64,000 nucleotides of DNA from Minisyncoccota bacterium (lineage in GTDB: Bacteria > Patescibacteriota > Minisyncoccia > Phycocordibacterales > UBA9973). The DNA lies in contig JALOQM010000001.1 in the NCBI GenBank assembly GCA_025453495.1, forward strand, positions 155,161 to 219,160, given 5' to 3'. This document shows positions 37,436 through 46,717 of the stretch, piece by piece (positions within the stretch are counted from its first letter, which is position 1; each line of letters starts with the position of its first letter). Under the pieces are notes generated by a model that was given only the letters and a program-made list of their open reading frames with translations, ran no database searches and was not told the DNA's origin. Position numbers and translations under genes: made by a program.

Positions 37436-37867
37436 TTGTATATGCGACACCTCGGTATCGATTTTGGCTCAAAGCGGGTAGGTCTTGCGCTCTCAGATGA
37501 GAACGGTATGCTCGCATTTCCGCAGTCTATTTTGCAAAATGATCTGACACTTGTAGAACATATCACTACTTTGTGTAGAGATGCACATGTCGGTGAAATT
37601 GTCATTGGCGAATCTCTTGATAGTTCCGGTAGACCAAATCCGATCATGCAGGACGTGAAAGCATTTGCTGTAAAGATCGGGAAGGCGACTGGACTACCTA
37701 TAGTCTTCCAAAAAGAATACATGACCTCACTTGAGGCAAGGCGGCCGATCGATGGCAAAAAGGCATTGGTCGCGCGCAAGGAAAAGATCGAGCAGACACT
37801 GGCCGCTGACGCCAAAGCCGCCGCATTGATCCTGCAAAGGTATCTAGATAAAGTACATTTTGACTAA
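37436..37867 (+). CDS. ruvX: RuvC-like Holliday junction resolvase-like protein YqgF/RuvX (pre-16S rRNA nuclease)
   Basis: LGIDFGSKRVGLALSDENGMLAFP... N-terminus and overall size of about 140 aa. Confidence 0.8.
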   Translation: MYMRHLGIDFGSKRVGLALSDENGMLAFPQSILQNDLTLVEHITTLCRDAHVGEIVIGESLDSSGRPNPIMQDVKAFAVKIGKATGLPIVFQKEYMTSLEARRPIDGKKALVARKEKIEQTLAADAKAAALILQRYLDKVHFD

Positions 37868-37885
37868 TCGCTAACACCTATTTCA

Positions 37886-38209
37886 ATGATCACCATAGAT
37901 GACTTCGCAAAAATAGAAATAAAGCTCGGGACAATTATCGAAGCTGATTTTGTGCCTGATGCAGATAAATTGCTTCGACTTAAGATAGATTTCGGTACTG
38001 AAGTACGCCAGATTGTCTCTGGTATCCGTGAGTATTATCCTGACCCATCGGCACTCATCGGCAAACAGATTCCGGTGCTTACCAATCTCGAACCGCGGAT
38101 GATCAAAGGACTTGAATCAAACGGCATGATTGTCGCCGCAGGTGATGAAGATGATTTCACACTGCTCGAATCGACGAAGAAGGTGACGAACGGCACTGCC
38201 GTCAGATAA
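37886..38209 (+). CDS. tRNA-binding protein (CsaA/Trbp111, EMAP-like OB fold)
   Basis: 107 aa; IEIKLGTIIEADFVPDADKLLRLKIDFG...GMIVAAG. Confidence 0.75.
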   Translation: MITIDDFAKIEIKLGTIIEADFVPDADKLLRLKIDFGTEVRQIVSGIREYYPDPSALIGKQIPVLTNLEPRMIKGLESNGMIVAAGDEDDFTLLESTKKVTNGTAVR

Positions 38210-38213
38210 TCCA

Positions 38214-38810
38214 ATGAAAGAATTTCTCAACAAGAGAAAAGAGGCGCTCTTCAGGTGGAGCGAGCGGCATGTCCAAGGGCCGCATGGCAAGTGGTGGCTT
38301 GCCGGCATTTCATTCGCGGAATCTTCTTTCTTTCCGATTCCACCCGACCTATTTTTGATCGGGATGCTCATGGGCAAAGACCGTTCGCGCTGGGCGCGGT
38401 ATGCACTCATCACTACTATCGCTTCAGTCGCCGGCGGACTCTTTGGCTATCTAATCGGCTATCTTTTTTTCTCGCTTATTGGTGCGAAAATTGTTGCATT
38501 GTATGGACTTGAATCTGCTGTGGCGCATGTGCGCACGCTCTATGCCGACAATGCGTTTTTTGCCATTCTTGTTGCAGGTTTTACTCCCATACCGTATAAG
38601 GTATTTACTATTGCAGCGGGACTGTTTCATATACATCTCCCGATATTCATTATTGCTTCGCTCCTTGGGCGTGGTGGGAGATTTTTTATTGTCAGTTTCC
38701 TTATGCGGCGTTATGGTGGCAAGCTCGGTGAGCTTGTCTATCGGTATTTCAACTTATTCTCGCTTATAGTTGTCGCACTCATTGTCCTTGGTTTCTACTT
38801 TCTTGTCTGA
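38214..38810 (+). CDS. DedA/YqaA-family membrane protein
   Basis: FAESSFFPIPPDLFLIGM matches the DedA signature; several TM segments. Confidence 0.55.
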   Translation: MKEFLNKRKEALFRWSERHVQGPHGKWWLAGISFAESSFFPIPPDLFLIGMLMGKDRSRWARYALITTIASVAGGLFGYLIGYLFFSLIGAKIVALYGLESAVAHVRTLYADNAFFAILVAGFTPIPYKVFTIAAGLFHIHLPIFIIASLLGRGGRFFIVSFLMRRYGGKLGELVYRYFNLFSLIVVALIVLGFYFLV

Positions 38811-38843
38811 CGCAAGACTTTCTGTGGTGTATACTTAGAACAT

Positions 38844-39788
38844 ATGCGCCATATGTTGTACACAAAAGAATTTATCGCACGGAAACTCTCCCGCGCTTCG
38901 ACACTTGGTCTTGATCTTTCTGATGGGGCGATACACTACCTCTCGCTCAAAAAGGCAAAGCATGGCTTAGCTATACGTACGTACGGCACGACCGCTCTCT
39001 CTGACGCTGTATATGCACATGGCTTCATCAAAGATGCGCCCAAACTCCTCTCAATACTCAAACTAATCAAGAAGAAAACCACTATCCGTTATGTCCGCGC
39101 GTCTATTCCAGAAGAACAAGTCTATGTAGTTGATATGACACTCCCGATTGCGGACAAGAAAAAAGTCATCGAAAAGATTACTGCACGTCTTATCGACATA
39201 TTGCCAGCATTCTTTGATGACATGCTTATTAATTATGAGATTCTCTCTGAAGATAAGGAATCATTTCATCTAAACGTCGCGATTGCCAAGAAAACATTTG
39301 TGCATGAGTATCTCAAGCTCCTTTCCGATGCAGGATTTTCTGTCGTCTCACTTGCATTTCGCACAGCAGCGACTACGCATGCACTCATTGGCAAAAAAGA
39401 TACTGAGTCAAAACTCATTGTTTCGCTTGAGCAGACAAAGCTTTGTGTTTTTGGAGTAGTAAGTGGAATTGTGTTTGCAAGCATTGTCTCTGAACTCGAT
39501 TCGCCAAGAAACTTCCATCTTATCAAAGAGAAAATTGATCGTGTCTATGTCGAGTGGACCCGTGCGCAGCCTGGTCAGCAGTTTGGCCCAGTATTGCTTG
39601 TGGGTCAGACTGCGCACGAAGGAGGACTTCTAGAGTATCTTTCGGTATCACTCAAGCTTCCGATAGTGCTTGCAAACGTCTGGGAGAATGTCAGTACATT
39701 TGATCACTACATTCCTGAGATTCCGCGTAATCTTTCGCTTGGCTATCATGCGGCGATTGGTCTTGCGCTTGCTGATTTTGAGAAATAA
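38844..39788 (+). CDS. Actin-like ATPase, type IV pilus PilM-like (or FtsA-like)
   Basis: 314 aa; ...LGLDLSDGAIHYLSLKK... N-terminus; PilM-like size. Confidence 0.4.
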   Translation: MRHMLYTKEFIARKLSRASTLGLDLSDGAIHYLSLKKAKHGLAIRTYGTTALSDAVYAHGFIKDAPKLLSILKLIKKKTTIRYVRASIPEEQVYVVDMTLPIADKKKVIEKITARLIDILPAFFDDMLINYEILSEDKESFHLNVAIAKKTFVHEYLKLLSDAGFSVVSLAFRTAATTHALIGKKDTESKLIVSLEQTKLCVFGVVSGIVFASIVSELDSPRNFHLIKEKIDRVYVEWTRAQPGQQFGPVLLVGQTAHEGGLLEYLSVSLKLPIVLANVWENVSTFDHYIPEIPRNLSLGYHAAIGLALADFEK

Positions 39789-39828
39789 GCACTGCGTGTT
39801 ACTATTTTTGCGTTCTTAGAGAACGACT

Positions 39829-39900
39829 GTCCTCGTAGTTCAATGGATAGAACGAGGGACTTCTAATCCCTAAATCTAGGTTCGATTCCTAGCGAGGGCA
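39829..39900 (+). tRNA. tRNA-Arg (anticodon TCT)
   Basis: GTCCTCGTAGTTCAATGGATAGAACGAGGGACTTCTAATCCCTAAATCTAGGTTCGATTCCTAGCGAGGGCA; anticodon stem AGGGA/TCCCT, loop CTTCTAA. Confidence 0.85.
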
Positions 39901-40017
39901 CAGAGGTGCAAAAAGCAAGATAGTTTTGCTTGCAGGCACCAGTGTGAGCCAAGGCAATGATTTTGTTTTAGTAGGCTTACAGAAATGATACAGTACAGTA
40001 GTTTGCAAAAATAATAT

Positions 40018-40090
40018 GCGCGATTAGCTCAGTTGGTAGAGCAATCCGTTTACACCGGAAAGGTCGGGGGTTCAAGTCCCTCATCGCGCA
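40018..40090 (+). tRNA. tRNA-Val (anticodon TAC)
   Basis: GCGCGATTAGCTCAGTTGGTAGAGCAATCCGTTTACACCGGAAAGGTCGGGGGTTCAAGTCCCTCATCGCGCA. Confidence 0.85.
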
Positions 40091-40094
40091 CACT

Positions 40095-40628
40095 ATGAGT
40101 TTTTTGTATCATTATATTCCCAAAAAAGTTGAGGGTACTATTTTATATCCCCTGAACCTACTCAAGGAGAAGTATCCAGAATTGTCTGTCATGTATGTAA
40201 AGAAATATGTCGGACGTGAAGAAATTATGGAGCAGCGTTTACTAATCCTTGATTGCCTGTGGAACGATGTATTGCACTTTACCGCAGTGCATCCAAAAGA
40301 TTTAAAACAGGCACTGGTAGAAGCAGGACAGCCAGAGACGTTCATGATGTCATTTTATCAGATTGATCCAATGGTACTCGATCCAAAAAATACTATTATC
40401 TATTTGAATACACAGACACGAAAAGAAGACAGCATGCTTGAGCAAAATTTCGTTTCGTATACTCCAAAAGAACTTGCTCAGTACTCCTTTTTGCCAGAAA
40501 GAACAAAAGCATACTATGTTTATATGTATCAACATGAACATGCATTACCGCTTATGTATAAATGGGTTCCGCATATTCTATACAAAGGTACTTTAGATAT
40601 TTCAAATGCAGTAGTTGTCACTGTATAA
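40095..40628 (+). CDS. Hypothetical protein (177 aa)
   Basis: ORF starting 5 nt after tRNA-Val. Confidence 0.4.
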   Translation: MSFLYHYIPKKVEGTILYPLNLLKEKYPELSVMYVKKYVGREEIMEQRLLILDCLWNDVLHFTAVHPKDLKQALVEAGQPETFMMSFYQIDPMVLDPKNTIIYLNTQTRKEDSMLEQNFVSYTPKELAQYSFLPERTKAYYVYMYQHEHALPLMYKWVPHILYKGTLDISNAVVVTV

Positions 40629-40629
40629 C

Positions 40630-41364
40630 ATGCAAACAATCTCTATCCTCTACGAAAATGAACACCTCCTCGTCATCGACAAACCGAGTGGGCTTGTGGT
40701 GCATGCCGACGGCAAGACGGACGAGCTGACGCTTGTCGATTGGTTACTTCAGAAATATCCAGAGATAAAAGATATTGGTGAGCCAATGGAAACTACCAAT
40801 CAGAAGACAGGCGAGAAGGTTACTATTGTCCGCCCCGGGATTGTGCATCGTATCGATCGAGATACATCAGGTTGTCTGGTGATCGCAAAAAACCAGGAGA
40901 TGTACTTGTTCTTGAAAAGACAATTTCAAGAAAGAAAGATAGATAAGACGTACAAGGCTATTGTCTGGGGATGTGTGAAGAATGACACCGGTAAGATCAC
41001 CGCACCGATCGGCAGGAGTGGATCTGATTTCCGCAAGTGGACCGCCCAGCGTGGCGCGCGTGGAGAGCTTCGGGAAGCAGTGACTGAGTACAAAGTGCTC
41101 GATCGCTTCGAGCGAGGTAGTCATGCATTCTCTTTTGTCGAGGTCTGTCCAAAGACCGGACGCACACACCAGATCCGCGTGCATTTCAAATATCTCAATC
41201 ATCCGATACTTTGCGATACGCTCTATGCAGAGAAACTACCATGCGTACTTGGTATTGGGAGACTTGCCCTACATGCAGCAATGATTTCTTTTACGAATCT
41301 ACAAGGAGAGAATATCACTGTTGAAGCGCCGCTGCCAGATGATTTTGTCCGTGCGTTGAAATAG
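40630..41364 (+). CDS. RluA-family pseudouridine synthase
   Basis: ...VHRIDRDTSGCLVIAKN... (catalytic Asp motif); likely start MQTISILYENEHLLVIDKP. Confidence 0.8.
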   Translation: MQTISILYENEHLLVIDKPSGLVVHADGKTDELTLVDWLLQKYPEIKDIGEPMETTNQKTGEKVTIVRPGIVHRIDRDTSGCLVIAKNQEMYLFLKRQFQERKIDKTYKAIVWGCVKNDTGKITAPIGRSGSDFRKWTAQRGARGELREAVTEYKVLDRFERGSHAFSFVEVCPKTGRTHQIRVHFKYLNHPILCDTLYAEKLPCVLGIGRLALHAAMISFTNLQGENITVEAPLPDDFVRALK

Positions 41365-41774
41365 TGCACGACGATACACATATTTTTTCTCATTACTTCT
41401 TTATTTATTTTTTTACCATTGCTTGTATTTGATCTTGCTACGTTCTACATAGATAGTTCATCAAAAGTTTTACAAAATCAAAACTCATGAAAACGACACA
41501 GTGAGGCGACTTCTCTGGGTTGCTCTTGGTGGAGGGAAGAGGAATTGATGGGACGAGAGCACATTGTCTTGTCCTATCTGAAATCTAATCTATGTATGTG
41601 TACTTGGATACTTTTCTGATACGGTACTATTTCTTCACAACGATTCAGTGTGGACGATTTCGATCCTGCAAAGTAGAGGTGAAACAGATTACTTTAAAGT
41701 AATATTTGATATGATAACTGGACTTGCAGTAGCTCTTGAATATACTTCTATACCCGATTGGTGATTTTCCTTGA

Positions 41775-41806
41775 CCGGAGTTCTGTAGCAAGACTTCGGT
41801 TTTTTA
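41775..41806 (+). terminator. Orphan rho-independent terminator in a 500-nt intergenic spacer (possible 3' end of an sRNA)
   Basis: CCGGAGT-TCTGTAGCAAG-ACTTCGG followed by TTTTTT; there is no + strand gene for about 430 nt upstream. Confidence 0.35.
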
Positions 41807-41877
41807 TATTGACTTCTTGTTTTTGTACTGCATAATAGTTTCAGTTTAACCAACACTGCTCTTGGAGGGGCAACATC

Positions 41878-42558
41878 ATGAAACAGTTCTTTTTTATTAC
41901 AGTTTTCGTAATCACGCCATTTTTCGTTCTCACGACAGAAGCACAAAATGTAAAAAAATCGGGGAAAGAAAAAAAGCCGAAGTATGAAATTGTCGGCAAG
42001 GTTGTTGGATACAGCAATCAAGCATATGCACATTTTTTTTCCGGCACTATCATCGTGCAAACGACGCATGGCAATGACACAGTAGAAAGTTGTGGTGATC
42101 GTGATATTTTAATTCTTTGCCGCAACAGCAACGGTGACATTACCAGTTATTTCACCATCGGCGGCCCTGGGAAAGATACCGTCTGCTGTATGACTAGCAG
42201 TCACACAGATACCCTTCTCATAGCTGGCGGATACTCTGATACTGCCAAGATTGCTGATTCTCAGTGTATTGCGAGAAGCGGTATGGATGCATTCCTTGTT
42301 CGCGTGACGAAATCGGGAAAGGTGCTCTGGATGCAGACATGGGGTGCGAGCGGCGATGATTGTTGTACCTGGGTGTGGCGTCCTGGAAAAGACGTAGAGA
42401 CACGTGTACGCTACGAAGCGAAAGAAAACGAGGATATTCACGTTGTCAGCTCGGTTTTCTACACTGCTCCGTCTGACGGGGTGTACATTTTCACCCTGCG
42501 GTTCAATCATGTCGGTCGCCTGATTTCTGATACTGACAGGATTTTTCCCACATTCTAA
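41878..42558 (+). CDS. Secreted hypothetical protein (signal peptide; Cys-rich)
   Basis: MKQFFFITVFVITPFFVLTTEAQ signal peptide; preceded by TTGACT-18-TAATAG promoter-like elements. Confidence 0.45.
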   Translation: MKQFFFITVFVITPFFVLTTEAQNVKKSGKEKKPKYEIVGKVVGYSNQAYAHFFSGTIIVQTTHGNDTVESCGDRDILILCRNSNGDITSYFTIGGPGKDTVCCMTSSHTDTLLIAGGYSDTAKIADSQCIARSGMDAFLVRVTKSGKVLWMQTWGASGDDCCTWVWRPGKDVETRVRYEAKENEDIHVVSSVFYTAPSDGVYIFTLRFNHVGRLISDTDRIFPTF

Positions 42559-42653
42559 TACAACGCTCGGGTGCAGAAACAATGCCAGGCTTCATTATAG
42601 GAGCCTGGCATTTTCGTTGCATGGGCAAAAATTGTGTGGTAGTATCGTCGCGT

Positions 42654-43055
42654 ATGACAAAGACAGCAATGAAACTCACTCCAGTCGAAATGGATGCACG
42701 CAAGAATCTCGGCTTCCGCTCGGGCGATACCGTCCGTGTCTGGTCAAAGATTCTCGAAAAGGGCAAGACTCGCCTACAGGCATTTGAAGGTCTCGTCCTT
42801 TCTCGCAAGCATGGTACGACTGGTACCAATGCGATGTTTACCATCCGCAAGGTATCAAACGCAGTCGGTGTTGAGCGTATTTTTCCACTCTACTCTCCAA
42901 ATATCGATAAGATTGAGATCGTAAAGAAGTCCAAGGCTCGTCGCTCTAAGCTCTACTACATAAGGACAAAGGCGACAAAAGACATCCGTCGCAAGATCAA
43001 GAAAGCATCATTCGACACTGGAGAACCAAAAGAAAAAATAGAAACAGAAGCATAA
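42654..43055 (+). CDS. rplS: 50S ribosomal protein L19
   Basis: Internal start MTKTAMKLTPVEMDARKNLGFRSGDTVRVWSKILEKGKTRLQAFEGLVL... Confidence 0.85.
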   Translation: MTKTAMKLTPVEMDARKNLGFRSGDTVRVWSKILEKGKTRLQAFEGLVLSRKHGTTGTNAMFTIRKVSNAVGVERIFPLYSPNIDKIEIVKKSKARRSKLYYIRTKATKDIRRKIKKASFDTGEPKEKIETEA

Positions 43056-43060
43056 AAAAC

Positions 43061-43090
43061 AAATCCCGCCTTTTGGTGGGATTTGTTTTT
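43061..43090 (+). terminator. Rho-independent terminator after rplS
   Basis: AAATCCCGCC-TTTT-GGTGGGATTT followed by GTTTTT. Confidence 0.5.
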
Positions 43091-43104
43091 GATATACTTT
43101 TTGT

Positions 43105-43473
43105 ATGGATATAGAACTTACAAAGAAAAAATGCCAGCCGTGTGAAAAGAAGGGGAGTAAGCCATTTGATCAAGTAGAAGCCGAGCGATATGTCGCCGAA
43201 GTCCCTGGATGGGAACTCTCTCAAGTGCATTCAGAAGGACAGGCTACACCTGTCTTGAAAATTTCTCGGACATTCGAATTCAAAGATTTCATTGGCTCGA
43301 TGGATTTTATAAATGCAGTTGCTGATATTGCTGAAGCCGAAGGACACCATCCAGATATATACATTTTTTATAACAAAGTGCGACTTGAATTATATACACA
43401 TGCGATCGACGGATTGTCGGAGAATGATTTCATTGTTGCGGCAAAGATACATAGGATCATGCAGTTTCACTAG
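43105..43473 (+). CDS. Pterin-4a-carbinolamine dehydratase (PCD/DCoH)-like protein
   Basis: ...EAEGHHPDIYIFYNKVRLELYTHAIDGLS... matches the PCD signature (E-x3-HHP...Y...H-x3-GLS). Confidence 0.65.
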   Translation: MDIELTKKKCQPCEKKGSKPFDQVEAERYVAEVPGWELSQVHSEGQATPVLKISRTFEFKDFIGSMDFINAVADIAEAEGHHPDIYIFYNKVRLELYTHAIDGLSENDFIVAAKIHRIMQFH

Positions 43474-43522
43474 ACTTTACTTGCGTATTTGCTATAACTA
43501 AAACGTCTTTTTAAGACGATAT

Positions 43523-43595
43523 GGTGCCTATAGTGTAATGGTTAGCACTGGAGTCTGTGGATCTCCCAGTTCGGGTTCAAATCCCGATAGGCACC
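43523..43595 (+). tRNA. tRNA-His (anticodon GTG) with encoded G-1
   Basis: G-GTGCCTATAGTGTAATGGTTAGCACTGGAGTCTGTGGATCTCCCAGTTCGGGTTCAAATCCCGATAGGCAC-C; G-1 opposite discriminator C. Confidence 0.8.
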
Positions 43596-43679
43596 CACGA
43601 GTCAGCAGCCGGTTTTGCGACCGACACGGCTGAAATAGGTAGAGTTTTGGTTCTCGACCGCTTAGGGTAATTTATCAAA

Positions 43680-44318
43680 ATGGAACAATCAATCATCGAG
43701 TATCTTAAAGAAAAATATTCGCCTAGAGCCATTATTCTTGCTGGATCACGTGCAATAGGAAAGGAAACAGAAGACAGTGATTGGGATATATTTGTTTTTG
43801 CTGAAAAAGATTATCCCGACGGTTATTTTGTTTGGAATAATCAGCTGCTCGACATAACAATTCATAGCTGGCCGAAACCCGACAATTGGGTTTTTACGAT
43901 TCCGTTTGGTCCGCTTTGGCCAGTTAAAGTTCTGTATGACGATACTCAAGGAGTATTTGATCAGATACTCAAACGCACTAAAGATGTGTATGAACTTGGT
44001 CCACTTGTAACCTATTCTAATGGGTGTCGAGAACGTCTTGATAAGTTAGAGCGTTGGAAAGGCAAAATTGGAAAATACAAAACTAATTCCGAAGTTCAAT
44101 TTTATTACGCCGGGATTATTTTTGAGTTTGCTATCCGTGTATGGTTCGAACAGCAGAATATATGGCCACTTACTCCTTCGCTTGCAGTTCCGTACATCCG
44201 GGAGAAAGACTCTAAATTTGCTGACATGATCAGTTCTTTTGTAAATCAGAAAGGCGAGAGTCTGGTTCTTCTCACTAATGAAATTGTGAACCATCTGCGG
44301 TCTCTCAGAAAAGAATAA
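43680..44318 (+). CDS. Nucleotidyltransferase (KNTase / minimal nucleotidyltransferase-like) protein
   Basis: ...LAGSRAIGKETEDSDWDIFVF... matches the GS-x9-13-DxD signature of pol-beta-type nucleotidyltransferases; 212 aa with a helical C-terminal domain. Confidence 0.55.
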   Translation: MEQSIIEYLKEKYSPRAIILAGSRAIGKETEDSDWDIFVFAEKDYPDGYFVWNNQLLDITIHSWPKPDNWVFTIPFGPLWPVKVLYDDTQGVFDQILKRTKDVYELGPLVTYSNGCRERLDKLERWKGKIGKYKTNSEVQFYYAGIIFEFAIRVWFEQQNIWPLTPSLAVPYIREKDSKFADMISSFVNQKGESLVLLTNEIVNHLRSLRKE

Positions 44319-44320
44319 CC

Positions 44321-44728
44321 ATGAATTCGATTGCCCATGTAGAAATCAATGTCAGAAATCTAAGAATATCGACTTCATTCTGGTCTGATTTTCTCGCTAC
44401 TCTTGGTTGGAAACAGTTCGATGTCGGCCATTCTTCGGTTTCCGGTTTTGAAGCCCCTGATGGAACACATTTGTTTCTTGTTCAAACAGAGGAGCGTTTC
44501 TTAAGCTCAGGTTTTCATCGAAAGAATATTGGCCTGAATCATGTCGCGTTCAGAGTAGACGCTCCAGAAAAAGTGGATGCATTTGCTGATTTCTTAAAAG
44601 AGAAAAGTATCCCGGTTCTGTATGGAGGTCCAAAAGAGTATTCGTCTGAATACAGCAGGGAACACTACTACGCAGTTTTCTTTGAAGATCCGGATCGGAT
44701 TAAAGTCGAGGTTGTTTTCTATAAGTAA
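44321..44728 (+). CDS. Glyoxalase/bleomycin-resistance/VOC family protein
   Basis: 135 aa; MNSIAHVEINVRNL...GLNHVAFRVD...YAVFFEDPDRIKVEVVF are paired beta-alpha-beta-beta-beta modules. Confidence 0.6.
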   Translation: MNSIAHVEINVRNLRISTSFWSDFLATLGWKQFDVGHSSVSGFEAPDGTHLFLVQTEERFLSSGFHRKNIGLNHVAFRVDAPEKVDAFADFLKEKSIPVLYGGPKEYSSEYSREHYYAVFFEDPDRIKVEVVFYK

Positions 44729-44729
44729 A

Positions 44730-45005
44730 TTAATCTGCCAAGGTAATTTTCTTTTCGGTCACCAATAATTTGTTTCTTAAGTTTTCCAAAAGTTCTCGCT
44801 TCTCGTGGATTGTGCCTTCTTTCAGTAGGTACTTCGCATACATCCGAATATCAACTTCTTTCTCCTTCAGTTTCTTCTCGTCTTTGATTCTAAACACGCT
44901 TGATCGTAATTTATTGTGTCTTGCCCCAAGTTGATTAAAATGTAACGTGCTCTCCTTTAAGGGCCAGAAAAGCCTGTATTTACAGGATGGTTTATTTGTA
45001 TCCAA
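44730..45005 (-). pseudogene. Remnant of a serine recombinase gene (C-terminal about 40 aa retained)
   Basis: C-terminus [38 protein letters not shown] aligns with the C-terminus of the 32170..33438 recombinase ([39 protein letters not shown]); no catalytic domain upstream. Confidence 0.5.
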
Positions 45006-45095
45006 GGTTTAACCTTAGAATGTATGCTTTTTAAGTAATGTAATTATTTATTAATAAACACTGATCTTTATCTTCAGTACGTTATACTTATCTTT

Positions 45096-46595
45096 ATGAA
45101 ACCGATTGATGAACTAAAAAGGCGTTTGCTTGAGATAGCGCATCTCTCTTCTGCACTTGCACTCTTACACTGGGATCAGGAAGTCCATATGCCAAAAAAG
45201 GGTGGTGCGTCCCGAGCACTCGTGATTGCAGAGCTGACTGGTCTTATCCATCAGAAGCTTGTCGCGCTTGATGTTGATCGCGTGCTGACTAAGCTCCAGC
45301 TAGCAGTAAAAAAGGGAACACTCAAAGGAAAAGACAAAGTCATTGTCCTTGAGACGGCACGTACTTTTGAACGAGAGCGGAAACTCCCTGAGGCTTTTGT
45401 GCGCGACATGGCAGAAACAATATCCAAAGCACAATCGGTATGGGCTACCGCTCGAGCACAAAACAATTTCACCTTGTTCCGTCCATGGCTTGAAAAGATA
45501 GTTGCGCTCAAGCGAAAAGAAGCGACATACGTTGGCTACCGTGCATCACCGTATGATGCACTGCTTGATGCATTTGAACCCGACATGACCACACAAGAGG
45601 CAGCACGTATACTGCATGATCTCAAAGATTTTCTCGTGTCATTTCTCAAAGAACTTCAGAGTCGTCCTCAAGCTGCGAAACAACGTCTTTCTCTAAAAGC
45701 TACATTTCCAATTGCAGAGCAAAAAAAGTTCAATGCAGTGCTCGCAAGTGAAATCGGATTTGATCTTGCTGCTGGTGTGATTGAGGAGAGTACGCATCCG
45801 TTTACGACAAATTTCCATCCGCATGATGTGCGTTTCACGACGCGGTATCGTACCGACGATATTATACACGCCATTGGTTCGACTATACATGAGGCGGGAC
45901 ACGGTCTCTATGAGCAAGGTCTTCCAGCGGAGCATTTTGGTACACCACTTGCAGAGGCGGTATCGCTCGGTGTTCATGAATCACAGTCACGTATGTGGGA
46001 AAATATGATTGGCAAGAGTAAGCCATTCTGGAGGTATTTTTATCCGAAGCTCAAAAAGCAATTTCCAGAAGCATTTGGGAAGATTACACTAGAAGATTTT
46101 TATCATGCGATCAACCGCGTCACGCCATCACTTATCCGCACTGAAGCAGATGAAGTCACGTACAACTTGCACATTATCATCCGCTTTGAAATCGAAAAGG
46201 AGCTTATCGAAGGGAGTATTGCTGTCCGTGACGTTCCTCTGATCTGGCAATCAAAAGTCAAAGAATATCTCGGAATCTCCGTGAAGGACGACGCGCATGG
46301 AGCGCTTCAGGACGTCCACTGGTCTGCGGGGCTCTTTGGGTATTTCCCGACGTATACATTTGGCAATCTCTATGCAGCACAGTTCTTTGCGGCTATGGAG
46401 CGAGAGCTTCCTGTAACAGCGCTTCTTGCAAAGGGTACATTTGGTCCAGTGCGCGAGTGGCTTAGGAAGCATATCCATTCACATGGAAAGCGCTATACCG
46501 CCGGAGCACTTGTGAAAAAAGTGACAGGTGAACCTCTCAATAGTCGTTACTTTGCTGACTATTTAAAGAAAAAATATAGAGACATTAAAAAGTAA
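45096..46595 (+). CDS. M32 family carboxypeptidase (Taq carboxypeptidase-like)
   Basis: 499 aa; HEAGHGLYEQG (HExxH) and a downstream HESQS; M32 layout. Confidence 0.8.
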   Translation: MKPIDELKRRLLEIAHLSSALALLHWDQEVHMPKKGGASRALVIAELTGLIHQKLVALDVDRVLTKLQLAVKKGTLKGKDKVIVLETARTFERERKLPEAFVRDMAETISKAQSVWATARAQNNFTLFRPWLEKIVALKRKEATYVGYRASPYDALLDAFEPDMTTQEAARILHDLKDFLVSFLKELQSRPQAAKQRLSLKATFPIAEQKKFNAVLASEIGFDLAAGVIEESTHPFTTNFHPHDVRFTTRYRTDDIIHAIGSTIHEAGHGLYEQGLPAEHFGTPLAEAVSLGVHESQSRMWENMIGKSKPFWRYFYPKLKKQFPEAFGKITLEDFYHAINRVTPSLIRTEADEVTYNLHIIIRFEIEKELIEGSIAVRDVPLIWQSKVKEYLGISVKDDAHGALQDVHWSAGLFGYFPTYTFGNLYAAQFFAAMERELPVTALLAKGTFGPVREWLRKHIHSHGKRYTAGALVKKVTGEPLNSRYFADYLKKKYRDIKK

Positions 46596-46635
46596 CTATC
46601 TTAGTAAGATTGTTAGATTGTCTCATGAGAAAACA

Positions 46636-46664
46636 AAAACGCCACATAGGCGTTTTTGTTTTCT
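46636..46664 (+). terminator. Rho-independent terminator after the carboxypeptidase gene
   Basis: AAAACGCC-ACATAG-GCGTTTTTGTTTT. Confidence 0.55.
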
Positions 46665-46717
46665 AGACCCCGTGGTATAGTGTGACCGGCTAAAAACTTC
46701 ATTCACTAACTAAACAA

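Noticed and set aside
37378-37815. N-terminal 146 aa of track ORF 37114..37815(-)
   Set aside because: It overlaps ruvX (37436..37867, + strand) antisense and has a low-complexity translation. The real gene is the 87-aa C-terminal portion starting at MNTLMQYG.
41689-42069. Track ORF 41689..42069(-)
   Set aside because: It overlaps the start of the well-supported + strand secreted-protein gene and the promoter region, and its composition is implausible.
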